The notes under the pieces are model-generated. The model searched no databases. It worked only from the letters and a program-made list of their open reading frames with translations, and had not been told where the DNA came from. A stretch of DNA of 62,798 nucleotides, counting the filler, from Rhabdomonas costata (Eukaryota): the NCBI GenBank assembly GCA_019059605.1. It is 46 parts of 46 records of this genome, joined end to end, with 100 filler letters (N's around TTAATTAATTAA, not from the genome) between each part and the next. Parts side by side here need not be neighbours in the genome. Positions count along the whole stretch, not along the records: positions 24,615 to 25,879 come from JAHMHO010021301.1; positions 25,980 to 27,246 come from JAHMHO010021302.1; positions 27,347 to 28,613 come from JAHMHO010021303.1; positions 28,714 to 29,980 come from JAHMHO010021304.1; positions 30,081 to 31,346 come from JAHMHO010021305.1; positions 31,447 to 32,713 come from JAHMHO010021306.1; positions 32,814 to 34,080 come from JAHMHO010021307.1; positions 34,181 to 35,447 come from JAHMHO010021308.1; 38 more parts are not named here. One strand, given 5' to 3'. The position numbers were made by a program, and so were the translations under genes. The first letter of the stretch is position 1; the number at the start of each line of letters is the position of its first letter. This document shows, piece by piece, positions 25,390 through 38,145 of this stretch.

Positions 25390-25650
25390 CTGCGGCTTCT
25401 GCTTCAGCAGGGCGACCCGGCCCACCGCGCCGAGCCGGCGGCAGGCAAGGGCTATGGCGAAAGTTTCCCGGGGCCTCAAGAAGTCAAGCAGGCCGGCCCA
25501 CACCTCGTCGGAGAGGCCCAGCGCCGAGCCCTCGGGCCACCCCTTCACCTCCACTAGCTCCACCACAACCACCCCCGGGGGGACTTTCCCGCGGAGCTGC
25601 TCCGGGGAGTGAGAGCGTACGAAGAAGCTGGTGCCCGGCAGGAACAACAC
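25390..25650 (-). CDS. Exon encoding an ART-domain C-terminus fused to an F-box motif
   Basis: VLFLPGTSFFV…VVVVELVEV matches the ART terminal strands (E)VLFxPxTxFxV…IxLxE. It is followed by LGLSDEVWAGLLDFLRPRETFAIALACRRL (F-box). The 261-nt phase-0 exon is AG/GT-bounded. Confidence 0.65.
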
Positions 25651-28600
25651 CTGCGCCCCGAGGAAACAACGTAACGAAAGACGGAAAGAAATACCCTACA
25701 AGCATGAAGGGACCAAGAACAAGAGAGTGAATGAACATCTCCCAAGAGGGGTCAAACGTTCCGTGTGCGGGTGTTGAGTCACCGAGCCGGGATTTGCTCG
25801 CCGTTTCGACCTATTCTTCCGGGAGATCGGACAGAACCCGCCCTAAAATCCGTGAGACTCCCACCAATAGCATTCACACNNNNNNNNNNNNNNNNNNNNN
25901 NNNNNNNNNNNNNNNNNNNNNNNTTAATTAATTAANNNNNNNNNNNNNNNNNNNNNNNNNNNNNNNNNNNNNNNNNNNNTGTGTTGTGGAGCCAGTATAC
26001 GGCCTGCACATATTATCCCATGGGCACGCCGTATACTGGCTCCACAAAACACAATAAAACTATGCCATTACCGATTCCCGTTTATTGATTGATTATCCCG
26101 CTGGATTGCCGATTACCATGCCTCTTTTACCGTGGCTCCGGAAGGTGTGGGTTGCCGACTACAACCAAAACGCGCATTTCACCACTCGATTACAGATTAT
26201 GATAAGTTGAATCCGAATTCGACACGTCAGGCCGAGGTCCTGTACTATACTCCCCCCAAAAAAGGAGAGCAACCAGAGCGAGCGGGAAGAGGAAGACGAG
26301 GAGACGGGGGAGGCTAGTTCAGGGAGAGGGGAGGTACCAATAAAAGAATCCAAGCTACCAAAACTATTTTTGACACGTACGTGTATGGGCAGCCGAGACG
26401 TACGGTGCCATTTATCTCCCCGCCCTCTGGTAGGTAAACTCATTCCCCTGCTGAAGACCCAGATGCCGTGGAAAGACCCGGGGACTTGGTAGCTGGAGAG
26501 GTGGAGGGGGCTCGGGCAGTGCCCCAGCATTTTCGTCTAGCATCAACAATGGCCATGATGGCGGAGGCTGCTGCTGCTGCTGCTGGTAGCGATGGTGACT
26601 CGGCGAGCGTCGACTCTGACGCAGGAGCTACGAGCGCTGATCTTGGGAGCGGCACTGATTGTCGAGCAGGCTTGGTCCTGGGCACCGTTTCGTACAAGCA
26701 TGACCCGTCTGCTTTGGGCGCGCCCGGGACTAAGCACCATGATCCCGTGTCATCAGATGTTGACGTTGCTTACCTCGCGGCGGCTGCATTGGAGGAAAAG
26801 CCGCCCACCTCTCCGTCTTGTCCGAGCTATCCCCCTGATTACCGCCCCTTCCTCCCGGTAGGGTTACCGAGGTTTTTTTTTTTGCTTTTTGTGTATGCCC
26901 CTCTAATCTCTCGTGTTCCTTTTTGTAAATTGTGTATTCTTGGTGCTGCACCCCGCACGGTTCACGATATGATGTGTCAGTTCTGAGCAGAAGAACATCA
27001 CAAAATCCCAGGGTCTGCTGCGTCTCCTTGTGCAGATCCCATCCGGGACCTATTGCCCATGGTGACTTTAGCAACGCCGACAATGCCTCCTGCAGCGGCA
27101 GCTTGCCTTGTGTTGGCCCTAGGGAACGCTGCTCTGATGAGTAGCAGCTGCTGAAGGCCGAGACATCGGCGATGGTACGGTTCACACCCCATTGAGCGGG
27201 CATCCCCTATGCTTTTGCTGATGAAAAACCAAAACTACTGGTGAGTNNNNNNNNNNNNNNNNNNNNNNNNNNNNNNNNNNNNNNNNNNNNTTAATTAATT
27301 AANNNNNNNNNNNNNNNNNNNNNNNNNNNNNNNNNNNNNNNNNNNNTCCAGCGGCACGACCACCAAAAGATGTAGGTGCCACGTAAGAGTTCCCGCAGCA
27401 TAGTTGGAGTGTGACACTTTGTCAATTTTTGTGCTTTCCATTTTCATGTAACGGTCCTCTTAATGTCAGAAACCGATTCTTTCTCCTCTCGATCGATGAT
27501 CACTCCTTGCCCGGAAACACATACTTTTGCTCACATTTCCCTCTTACGAAAATCCCCTTTTGGCCAAATGACCGTTCTGGCCATTCCCACTTGACCATTG
27601 CTACTGTCTTTTCCCTGCACAACACCAGTTGCGTTTTTCGTGCTTTTCTTCCTGTTTTCGGTTTCATTTGGTACCTCTTTTCTCACGCGGACCTTTTGGT
27701 CACAATATTTCCCACTCTTTTCATGAACATTTGCTTTCCATTTCAAGCCTTTAACCACACTTCTTCTCTCTCTTAATTCCCGTCTTTTTGTGCGTGTTTT
27801 TGTGTGTGTTTTTGGTTTCTTCTAACGTTTTTTTGGAATGGGAAAGAGGAGTTTCAGCTAATAAATCTAACGCATCAGCAAAGTATTTTTTAAGTAAGTA
27901 AGTATCAGTAAACCGGGCTCTGAGCCCAGTACGAGGTTCGGGAGACCGATCCATCTCACATGGTAGCAGAGGTTCTGTTCGAACTACCGGACTCAGCAGT
28001 TTGAATTTGTTTTTTGTACTTTCTACCGACTTTTTGTGTCCATGTTTTTAATTTTTTCTAACAAATTTGAAAAAAGGGTTTATTTTGAAGGTTTTGTTTT
28101 ATTTCTATTTCCGCTTTTTCACTACCGGTTTTCATGGAGAAGAAATTCTTTTTTGAAAGGGAATTCCCCACCGTCCGAGAGAAAAATTAGTGCGCCATCA
28201 CTCACCTTCTTGGCTCCAGGCAACCCAGTCTTCTTCTAACAAAACCTTTGCAGTCATTTTCAGGGAGCCAGGACACCCAGATTCACGTACCTTGGTCAGC
28301 CTACCGCAGCACCCCCTGTCAGTGTTTGCACAGCAGTGAGATCACCAACTCTAATGCCTGCCGTCCAAGCTACTGAGACGACTCCAGTGGAGTTGGACGT
28401 CGCAGTTTAGTCACACGCTTATCGCTCATGGACTTGGAGCCTGTTTGGCTCTCTCAACTACTGCTTTTTCAACTAACGGAGCAACCCCAATGCCAAACGT
28501 TGCCGTTGCCAGCAATTCCCGACATTGAGACGAGCGCTTTTTAGAGTACCGCGAGTCCCAACAGGGGCCGTGACAGAAGAGAGTCCCCCCGCCACACCAA

Positions 28601-31600
28601 ACACACCCACCACNNNNNNNNNNNNNNNNNNNNNNNNNNNNNNNNNNNNNNNNNNNNTTAATTAATTAANNNNNNNNNNNNNNNNNNNNNNNNNNNNNNN
28701 NNNNNNNNNNNNNGTTTTTGGTTGGCTCGAAGCTGGAGCTCCAGGAGACCCCTGTGGAGGGGCTCCCTGAGTTCTTGAGGTTGGCCCTGCTTTTGAGGCC
28801 CCTTTTGTCCTAAGGGTAGAGCGCACTAATCTTTCACCCTGATTCTGGCGTCGGGGGGGGGGCGGATGAGATCATTTAAGAACAAATTTAGAATCATTTT
28901 GGGGCCTTTTTCCCTTTAGCATGGCGCCCTTGGGGGTGTGGCTTTTTGTACACACGTTGTGGTTGCGGCCGATCCTCAGCTGCAGGCCCTATGCCTCCTA
29001 AGGGTAAACGGGCTGGTCACACAGCGTTTCGGGAGGCCCATTGTGCTTACAAAAGACCCTGGGTCTGGGCGAATGGGTGCAAAAACAATCCAAACAAGAA
29101 CCTGCGCTTTTGGGACATTTGAGTCTCGCTGGCATGGCGGAAACAGGATTTGATGTTAGGCACATCGGCAGCGCCTGAGTGTGCCCACAGGTGATCTTAT
29201 TTGCGTTTCCGGATACTGTGATGGGGCGCAGCCCGCAGCCGTACCGGTTATATTCGCTAAGGGTTGGAATAGGCTATACAGGGCGACAAAATAGCGGGTT
29301 GAATCTAAAAGCGAGTGAAAACACCGTAAAAACGCGTTTTTTTGTGTCCCCGACCTCAAAAACTTGAATGGTCGAATACTGGAGGTCGATTTTCTCCCCA
29401 GTTGGACGCAGGGCTCGAAAACTGGTCATTTTGGCTTTAGAATCGGCCTTTTCTGCGTGAAACTGGTCAATCCAATAAAAACAAAAAAAAAAGCGGATAG
29501 ATCTCGGCATGGATCAAGGCATGGACTCGACGTCTTCTTCGCTTTATACTAACAAATAAAGGCGCCGCGCTACGGGGTCCCGTAACGAAACGAGGGTGCA
29601 TGCTTATCCCAGTATGGATTCCACCTACTTCGAGGAAGGGGGTTTGCCGCTGTTGCAACCAACCGAAACACCACTTTACCCAAGCGGCCGAAGTTCCCTC
29701 ATTGTCACCCCTTTCGAAGCCCGTTTAGACGGCAAAAAGCCCCCCTTTCAAGGCTTTTTGCCCCAAAAATCCATCCCCAGAGCCTCAAAAACCCCTCAAA
29801 TCCGCACAGCAACGCGTTTTTCCGAACCCCCGACCTCAAAACATCATGTTGGGTCGATTTCCAGAGGGTCAATTTTTTCACCCCGGACACCCCATTTTCG
29901 ACCCTTACATGCTACCACTGAGGCAGGCCATGAAAAGGTCGAAAATGGGGTGTCCGGGGTGAAAAAATTGACCCCCACAANNNNNNNNNNNNNNNNNNNN
30001 NNNNNNNNNNNNNNNNNNNNNNNNTTAATTAATTAANNNNNNNNNNNNNNNNNNNNNNNNNNNNNNNNNNNNNNNNNNNNGGGTTGTTGTAGTACTCCCG
30101 AGATGAGTTGGTCGGCCGCTTCCTGGTCTCGGAGTCCTTCTCTACGCCGAGATATGGCCCCCTTCAAGGTCCCATGGCCCTTTTAAGCGCACTTTGAAAT
30201 TTTCAAGGGCCCGGGGTGCACTTTTCAGACCTTTGCCGGCCAGCATACTGAGCCTAAGCTTTCGACCGGGCCTGCTTAGCATACCTAACGGTAGAGCCCA
30301 GGAGTCTTCATGCTGGCACCGGAGTGGGCCGGAATTCTCCGCTTTGGGGTCACACTAGAGGCCATTTCAGGCCATTTGGTGGTGTTTTGGGGCTCTTTTT
30401 GCCTTCACACATGCACCCCAAATTCACGGACCCTAGACACCAACTCTAGACCCCTCAGGCTGATGGTTGGGTGCACCTGAGATCCACCCCTGGGTGCACC
30501 CCCTACCCCTAAATTCTACCACCTTTAGAACCCCTGGGTCAGAATTCCGGGTGGGTATTTAGATTTCTGGGTTCATGCATTCGGGGTTTTGGGTCTTTAG
30601 GTCTTGGTGGTATTTGTGTCCCCGAGTCGAGGATGGTAGGGTATCGGAGTGTGTGGGTATTTGGGTTTCTAGGCGTTGGGTCTCGGGTTCCTCTTCTCTC
30701 TTCGGAGGGGGTAGTAGGCGCCCAGTGTGTGGGTGTGGGTGCCACTAAAGAATGCAATGAGAAGACACCAGTCACCTTGATAATGGTTCTTTGGGGAACC
30801 GTTTGATGCAAAGGCTCACCAGCCGGTTTTGCACCAGGCACCGACTCCAACAACGGTACTCCTTTGTGAGCAAAGTGAGGAATGGGATGCGGTGGGTCAT
30901 GGTTGTTCAGGTTGGCCGTGGTGTCATGCGCTCCGCCATTCCCGGCATGGCCTCGTCATCAGTCCAGCCCGTTTACGTCCAGGTCGAGGCTGAGTTGGCG
31001 ACCCGTTCTGAGGCTCAGTCACTCCCCGGCCTACCTGTGTTGAAGAGCTCGGTTGTTGATCCCCATCCAATTTTTTTCTGTGCTCGCTGCTTTGACAGGC
31101 TACAATTGACACAACTCGAAAACTTGTGGGTGCTGTCGTAAACCCTCCGCGTGGGGCAAGAAACGGCGCAGAAGGGATACTAAAGTGCTGCCAAGGGGCA
31201 CCATAACTTGACCCCAAGGACCGGCCCCGCAGCGTGGCCTGCTGTATATACAATGACCCCAGGCCTGCTTCGGCTTAGCCCTCTACAGAAGCGAGCTTAC
31301 AATAGACAATAATTCTGTATCTCGTTACCCCCCCAAACCCAACACANNNNNNNNNNNNNNNNNNNNNNNNNNNNNNNNNNNNNNNNNNNNTTAATTAATT
31401 AANNNNNNNNNNNNNNNNNNNNNNNNNNNNNNNNNNNNNNNNNNNNGGTGGGTGGGCGGCGTTTCTGTAGATGCGATTTTATTCTCTTTGCGAGGCGCCA
31501 TTCGCACCGTGAGTGATCGAACACCACTCCTCAATCAATGGGTACTTACGGCTGGTAACGAGCTCTCCATCATGTGAATCAAAATGAAGTTCTGAGGGAC

Positions 31601-32924
31601 TGGGGAGCAGGAAAGCGGACTTGGTACAATCGTAAAATCCGTGAGATTTTTGGAGCGCCGGGCGCGAGCTTCCCCACGTACCGCACGGTAGGTTTCCCTG
31701 CAACTTCAAGAGCACCTTCTCGGTGGATTGGTGGGTTATGTTGGACGTGCGGAATGGGAGAGGGAGGATCTTGATGGAGGGCCTGCCCCCACCCCACCCC
31801 CCAAAAAGAATAGCAAAGAACTTCCCTGAGGTAAGGGCGATGCAAGTGTCCTGCGAGACAGTTCACAGTTCTTACCTGTTAATCGTTGCATATCAGTGCT
31901 TTTCCTGAGCTATGCATGTCACGGCGTTACTTACTCTTTTAAGATGAACTTGTTGGTCTGGCAAGGGGGTAGGAGGGCGAGGTTATTAGTTATACAGAAT
32001 ATTCCACCACCACCCCTACACTTCTCCGCCCAAAGTTTTTGCTCTTCCCAAAATGGCTATTGTTCTACTGTTCGTCACTCGCGTTCGTTGAATTGCGGTA
32101 GGGGGGGGGGCAGCCCTGAGCATATCCCTTAGTTCAGCCACGCACGCAGCTGCCTTCGAAGGCATGAGGGTGTACCCCACCGCGATCAACCGATCCACCC
32201 AAATCCAACCCAAACCCACACGCTCGGTTGCAAAGCCTTCGGAATAAATGCAGCAAGCCCCTGGATACCCAGGGAAATCCACTGCTGTGGACTCTCGCTG
32301 TTGCGGGTGTTTACACCTTTGCTCTGCGCCTTTGTTTCCCGCACAGAACCTGCTGCACTTGTTGCTGGAGAGTTGTCAGCGCCACGCGCAAATCCCCGTT
32401 TCCCCCTCAAGTCGTGAGCAAGAGGGGTGGAAGCCGGAAATATGCTTTTCCTTTCCCTTTCCCTTCGCGTACAACCTGGTCACGGGTCCCTTGCACTCAT
32501 TCACACACACACGCTCACAGACACACTCACATCCCTCTTAGGAGGCTGAATCACTGCGGGGTTTGTTAAATCATGAGGGGCTGGCTTTTCTTCGTTTTTT
32601 TCTTTGCTCCGAATATATACAAACAGAGGAAATCCGCTTACCACGCCCCTCAACTCTGGAGCCTTTCCTTCGCGCCTTGCCTGTAGACTTCCTCCGCGCT
32701 TCCCACCCAACCCNNNNNNNNNNNNNNNNNNNNNNNNNNNNNNNNNNNNNNNNNNNNTTAATTAATTAANNNNNNNNNNNNNNNNNNNNNNNNNNNNNNN
32801 NNNNNNNNNNNNNGGTGTTGGGGGTTGTGTTGGGCCTGAGAGCAGGTAAGGGTCGAGTGACATCGGAAGGAGACTGGAGATGCGGGGTCCCGGTCCACAC
32901 GTGCACACACACATACACACATAC

Positions 32925-34071
32925 GTTGGCCAGTTTCAGCGCCGGGGCGTCGTTGGTGCCGTCCCCTGTTACCCCGACGACCTCCCCGAGATCCATCAGC
33001 GCGCCCACCAGGAGGTGCTTGTCCGAAGGTGACGATCGCGCCAGAACACGCAGCCGGGGGAGCTGCAGGCGCATCTTCTCCGGGTAGGTCTTCATCATCT
33101 TTTCGAAATCCACTCCCTGTTTGAAAGCCCCCACTCTCCCCTTACTATGAAAACCCAAAGTTATGAATGACTATGCAGGCCCTGCATCGGCGCGGAACCC
33201 ACACAGTCGTCCTGCTCAGAAGTCCTTTCTTTAACAGCCATTGTGTTGAACATTGTATGGACATTATTCTTAATCCTGGTTCCTATTTACGGTGAAGCCG
33301 CGTGACGTGTGCTACGGACCAGAGGCGAAAAGGAGTGAGATGGGAAGAGGGCGCGCCAGGCCATTCATCGACCCATATCAACCCAATGTTCATATGATCA
33401 CAGGAGGTCACTCGTACCAGCATCGCCAGGTCACCCCTGGACTCGTTGTAGATGCCGCAGAGGTTCGCAATAGCCATCGCCGTTTGCTGAGAAGAAACGC
33501 AAGTGCTAAGATTCAACTAAACACTCAGCGAGTCACCACCAAAGAAAAGGTTCAGGCGAAGACGAAAAGTCATTCCACAGGGCTGCCAAAACCAATTACG
33601 CGACAAAACCCTACGAAAACACTAACTATTTCAACTGTCGCAAATCTCCCCGTGCCTTTGCCGCAAAAGAAACGTGCAACTCGTTCGCCAATTGTGCGCA
33701 ACGCAGACGAAGGGGTGGCAATTGCAGAAATAAATTCTCTGTAAAAATGCAAAATGGTTATCGCCCAAACGCCACACCAGATTGTCGCCGGTCACCATAC
33801 GGACAATGATTCCCGCGCCCTCGCAGTCCGCAACGGCCTTGGGAACCTCTGGGCGGATAGGGTCCTGAAATCACCCCACCCGCTTGTGTCACACAAAAGC
33901 CCACTCCTGAGGATAATCTTTCAATGACAGCCTGTAAATGACAGGGTGGGGACTCCGTCTGCATACCTGGATGCCCACGATGGCGACGAGAATTAGCGCC
34001 CCGTTGGGCTCCTCCGTGGGGAGTTCCTCCGTGCTGTGATAGGAGTACGCGATGGCCAAAGTGCGGTTGCC
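32925..34071 (-). CDS. P-type Ca2+-ATPase (P2B/PMCA-like); exons ~34071-33967, 33864-33778, 33486-33418, 33116-32925
   Basis: Spliced product: GNRTLAIAY…[45 protein letters not shown]…/[16 protein letters not shown]…[16 protein letters not shown]. All introns are phase-0 GT-AG. Confidence 0.95.
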
Positions 34072-34693
34072 ACACCCAACNNNNNNNNNNNNNNNNNNNN
34101 NNNNNNNNNNNNNNNNNNNNNNNNTTAATTAATTAANNNNNNNNNNNNNNNNNNNNNNNNNNNNNNNNNNNNNNNNNNNNCCGTAAGGCGCGGGTCCTGT
34201 GCGAGCACACAACGGCAGGAGCAGAGTCTGTGAAACCTTTCTGTGGGTCTCCGTGAATCTCTCAAAGATGCACGCACAGAACAGGAAGTTCAACGCGTGC
34301 TTCCCCGAAACAATATCCTGGGAGGGTTACACCACAGGCAGAGGACACAGAGAGAAAACGTTCCCAGCAGGGATGGCCTTTTTACAAAAAAAAATTACCC
34401 CCCATTTTCTAAATCTTGCGGAGTTTTATTTACGCAGAAGTGCTGGATCTCGTGAGCTGAACGCTGAACTGACCACCATGATGGTACGTCAAACAACGGC
34501 GGATAGCATGGTCCCATCTCCATGGGACGGAGCTCTGCGTGCAACTGGTTCCCACTGCATGAATCAATTCCCATTCTCCGGAGTTCTGCTCAAAGTTAGC
34601 ATCTTGCGTGCTTTCTGTCCAACCCAATCCGCACCCGTCCCGAAGAGAAAACACAGCCGCGGCCGTCCGCCTCGAGGACGAGAGGAAGAACAC

Positions 34694-35231
34694 CTCAACT
34701 TCGAGAGGGGTAGGGATCCCGGCGGTGGAGGCGGCCTCCAGGACACGAGCAGCCCGGCGACGGTTGGAGGCGTCCTCGAGGATGTCCAGCGAGGTGCAGG
34801 AGGGCCACAGCTTGTGCAGGAGGTGGAGGTAACAGAAGCTGTCCCAGAGGTCCACGGAGAGGTTGGTGACCCTGCCGAGCGGCCAGAGAATGAGCGGATG
34901 CGTATTTTGTGATAATAACACAATCGGCAGAGCAAAGGGAAAATGAATAAGCTTACATTTTTCAATGAAATGAGATATACTAATGGCATGCGTTTGACAA
35001 ATGAAACATGCTGCACCACCCGAAAACTTTCACAAATATACCTTCCCCAAATACAGTTGAAGAGACTAAAGGACAAGGGTGATAGTACCGGCCTCCGTTG
35101 GCGTCCAGAAACTTCTGCGAGCTGCTCAGCACTCCGTTCATCCAGAAAATCAGCAGTTGCTCGGCGTCCTCCCTCGCCAGGAAGTCCTCACGCACACGAT
35201 CGTCCATGTACGGCAGGAAAGACGAGCTGGA
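34694..35231 (-). CDS. Calponin-homology domain protein (fimbrin/plastin-like CH); exons 35231-35089, 34871-34694
   Basis: EQLLIFWMNGVL…R/VTNLSVDLWDSFCYLHLLHKLWP…RAARVLEAA, with a phase-2 GT-AG intron. Confidence 0.8.
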
Positions 35232-35749
35232 CTATGTGCACAGCACCAACAAACCACACCAGAAAACACACAACACAGCACACCAATTTACAGACATTAC
35301 GTTGCCAACATGATAGTTTCGTGGCTTTGAAGACGTAAACGGCTTTCTCGCCCGCACTTGCGGGTTTCTGTCGAGCACTCACTGATTGCTCGTCCGGAGC
35401 CCTTTCAACTCCGAGCGCCTCATCTGTGCAGGTGCTACCCACCACAANNNNNNNNNNNNNNNNNNNNNNNNNNNNNNNNNNNNNNNNNNNNTTAATTAAT
35501 TAANNNNNNNNNNNNNNNNNNNNNNNNNNNNNNNNNNNNNNNNNNNNCGAAGAGCTTTGATGCTCTGCAACAACTCACATCCGAACTGGGTGTTTCTGTG
35601 GCTTTCATCTTTCGCGTAGTTTTGCAATTGTGCACTTTCCCCCTTAAGAAGCTATAGAACACCTATAAAACCCCGTTTACACCAGCTCGCCGAAGATTTT
35701 CTAAAATCAGTCCGTTGATTTTGGCCTCGAAGAAGCCGTACCCTCGAAA

Positions 35750-36110
35750 ACGTGTGCTTTGTCCAGGCGTTGTTTTCTTTTGGTGTCTTACAATGCTTTT
35801 CCAAAGAGTGGCGCTCGGTCTGTATCGAGGTTCCCCCTCGCTGCCGCCCTACTCTGGGGAAGTTCCTCCAGCAGGCCAGCCCGGAGATCTTTGCCTTCCC
35901 ACAGTGCAACACTCGCGCTACCCTTTTCACTGAGATGGCAGCAGGCTAAGGGAATTTGGAGCACGGAGGATGCAACCCTGGAGACCTCGAACAGGCGAGG
36001 ATGACTTCGAAGATGGGCGAATGCGGAGGCAGGTTTTCGCGCAGCAATTGGGTCTTCCACTCTGCGGTGGCCGTCAAAGTCAACTCTTCTGGCCTGGTGT
36101 TCCGGAGAGA
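35750..36110 (+). mobile_element. Possible second decayed tyrosine-recombinase (TATE/VIPER-like) remnant
   Basis: Frameshifted pieces VCIEVPP…LGKFL…FAFP and TLETSNRRG*LRRWANA…SKSTLLAW resemble YR C-terminal motifs (LExxSxRRG.L…GH.S..TL..Y). Confidence 0.25.
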
Positions 36111-37004
36111 CCAGCTCACTGGAACAGTTGCATGGCGGGGGAAATTCTGCGGCTTTGCAGTTGTGCCCAGCTCCCACCAAGACACCGGTAGTTTACGAAT
36201 GAAGCTGTATATGAGCCCTTGATACAAAGCGAGCAAGGGATGCCCCTCAACCTTCAACTGCGGGATCGGACCTGGTGACCCACAACCGCCTGTCCTGTCC
36301 CAACAACGGCTGCCCCTCTTCACATACGTTCTGCTTTCACGAAAGGGCCTCTTTTTGTTGGGGGATGGCTCGGCCAAATGACCCACTACTCACTACTCTG
36401 TGTGCCCTTGTCTGTGGGAAGTGTGGTGTGAACACACGGCTACCCAAATCATGCCCACCTTTTCCAAAGACTGTAGCTCGAGATGAAACAATGTGCGGAG
36501 TACAGTGCTGCTGGACGACTTGTTCTCTTTGTCATCAATGAAGTGGCCAGCTCTCATTAGAAATCAAACACTGCACCCACCGCAGCAAAGAGGATTCCAT
36601 CCCTGAATTTTGAAGTACTTCACGCAGCATTGGTCTGAGCTGTTTTCGCATTTACCCTCCAGAGCGTTGTGCCTTTTTTCCTCCTACAAATCCACAATGG
36701 GGCGGAGAAAGTTTCTCACGGGCCGCGAGGTTGAGCGCCGGGGGATCATCGTGAGGCTGCCTAAGCGAGGGCTCATCCGCATGGTGCGCCCCCCCCCACC
36801 AAACACACCCACACNNNNNNNNNNNNNNNNNNNNNNNNNNNNNNNNNNNNNNNNNNNNTTAATTAATTAANNNNNNNNNNNNNNNNNNNNNNNNNNNNNN
36901 NNNNNNNNNNNNNNTGGTTGTAAACAAGCGTCTGCTGCTTGCCTTTGCTCACAGCCAGTGGGGCCACCGCATGCACACACCACCACACAAACAACCAAGC
37001 ACAC

Positions 37005-38145
37005 CAGGGGCTTCGGGCTTGGGGAGGCAGGAGGAGATGGTACTGGCGGTGGCCCCACTGGCTGTGAGCAAAGGCAAGCAGCAGACGCTTGTTTATAACA
37101 ACCAACGCTCACCGTGCAAAAATATAGCTCAGGGGTTCGATTCCAACATAACAGAGAAACCATAGGTCAAGTCTCAGGCTGAGGGACACATGTTAGGTGA
37201 CTCGGACTGACAGTCTGTTTTGCCCGTCGATGAGTCAGAGCCCCACAAGAGAGAGCCCCATACTCAACAAGATCATATCAGCCCCAGTCTGCACGTTTTG
37301 CTGCGCGGTTTTTGCCATGTAAACCCAACGCATGGCAACCATCTCTAATCCATCAAAAGTAATATCATACTCCCATACACACAAGCACACATATCCAAGC
37401 AAGCACCTGGGGCTTCGGCTTTGGGGAGGCAGGTGGAGAGACTCGTGGCGCTGGCCCCCCAGGCTGTAAGAGCAAAGGCAAGAACCTGACATCCGTTCAC
37501 TACACACAAGGCACTCCGTGCAAACAACAGCTCAGAGGTTCGGTTCCAACATGGCAGAAAGGCTAAAAATGCTAAGGGACACATGCATTCACTAACGTTG
37601 CTTGTGGGTGCGTCGCAGTCTGGCAGCCTGAAAACCATCGGTAATCCACCGAGAGTTCCCGACCAGCGCTGCCCTGCGAGCTCCAGCCCTTCACCGTTCT
37701 CAGCGGCCGTTTACCTTACATCCAACAAACCGATTCTCCTTGAATAACCTCCGATTCTACAGGCACGAAAAGAGGATGCCAATGGAATTGTTCCAAAGCT
37801 CTCCGTTTTGACATTATGATGTACCCTCGCCGGCTGCCTTCAGACAAAGGCTGACCTTCACCAAAATCCCGCGGAAGCGATGCTTATGTCTATTCTGAGC
37901 TGAGCCTACCGCTTCTGTAAATGGAGGGAGACGCAGCCCAGTACCCTCACCATTAAAATCGGGAACCACCCACGACACAAACCCAGTACCGAATCCCAAC
38001 CACCAAACTTTGTCTTAAAGTTATTCAAAAAATTATTGTTTCATTTTAACTGGACACCCGGAACACACAACCACACAACCAAGCACACCTGGGGTTTCGG
38101 CCTTGGGAAAGCAGGAGGAGAGGCTGCTGGCGCTGGCCCCGCAGG
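37005..38145 (-). CDS. Pro-rich repeat protein built from three paralogous 57-nt exons (38145-38089, 37463-37407, 37061-37005)
   Basis: Each unit is flanked by a polypyrimidine-CAG acceptor and a GTG donor. They encode PAGPAPAASPPAFPRPKPQ, PGGPAPRVSPPASPKPKPQ and PVGPPPVPSPPASPSPKPL. Flanking intron sequence is also homologous. Confidence 0.8.

Noticed and set aside
31480..31860. Possible non-LTR reverse transcriptase remnant (VKSVRFLE resembling V…FLG)
   Set aside because: Only one weak motif, multiple stops and no YADD-like core.
37124..37145. TAGCTCAG and GGTTCGATTCC resembling tRNA A and B boxes (tRNA or SINE)
   Set aside because: The boxes abut with no room for anticodon arm or cloverleaf. 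The paralogous copy near 37530 is degenerate and lies in the duplicated intron.
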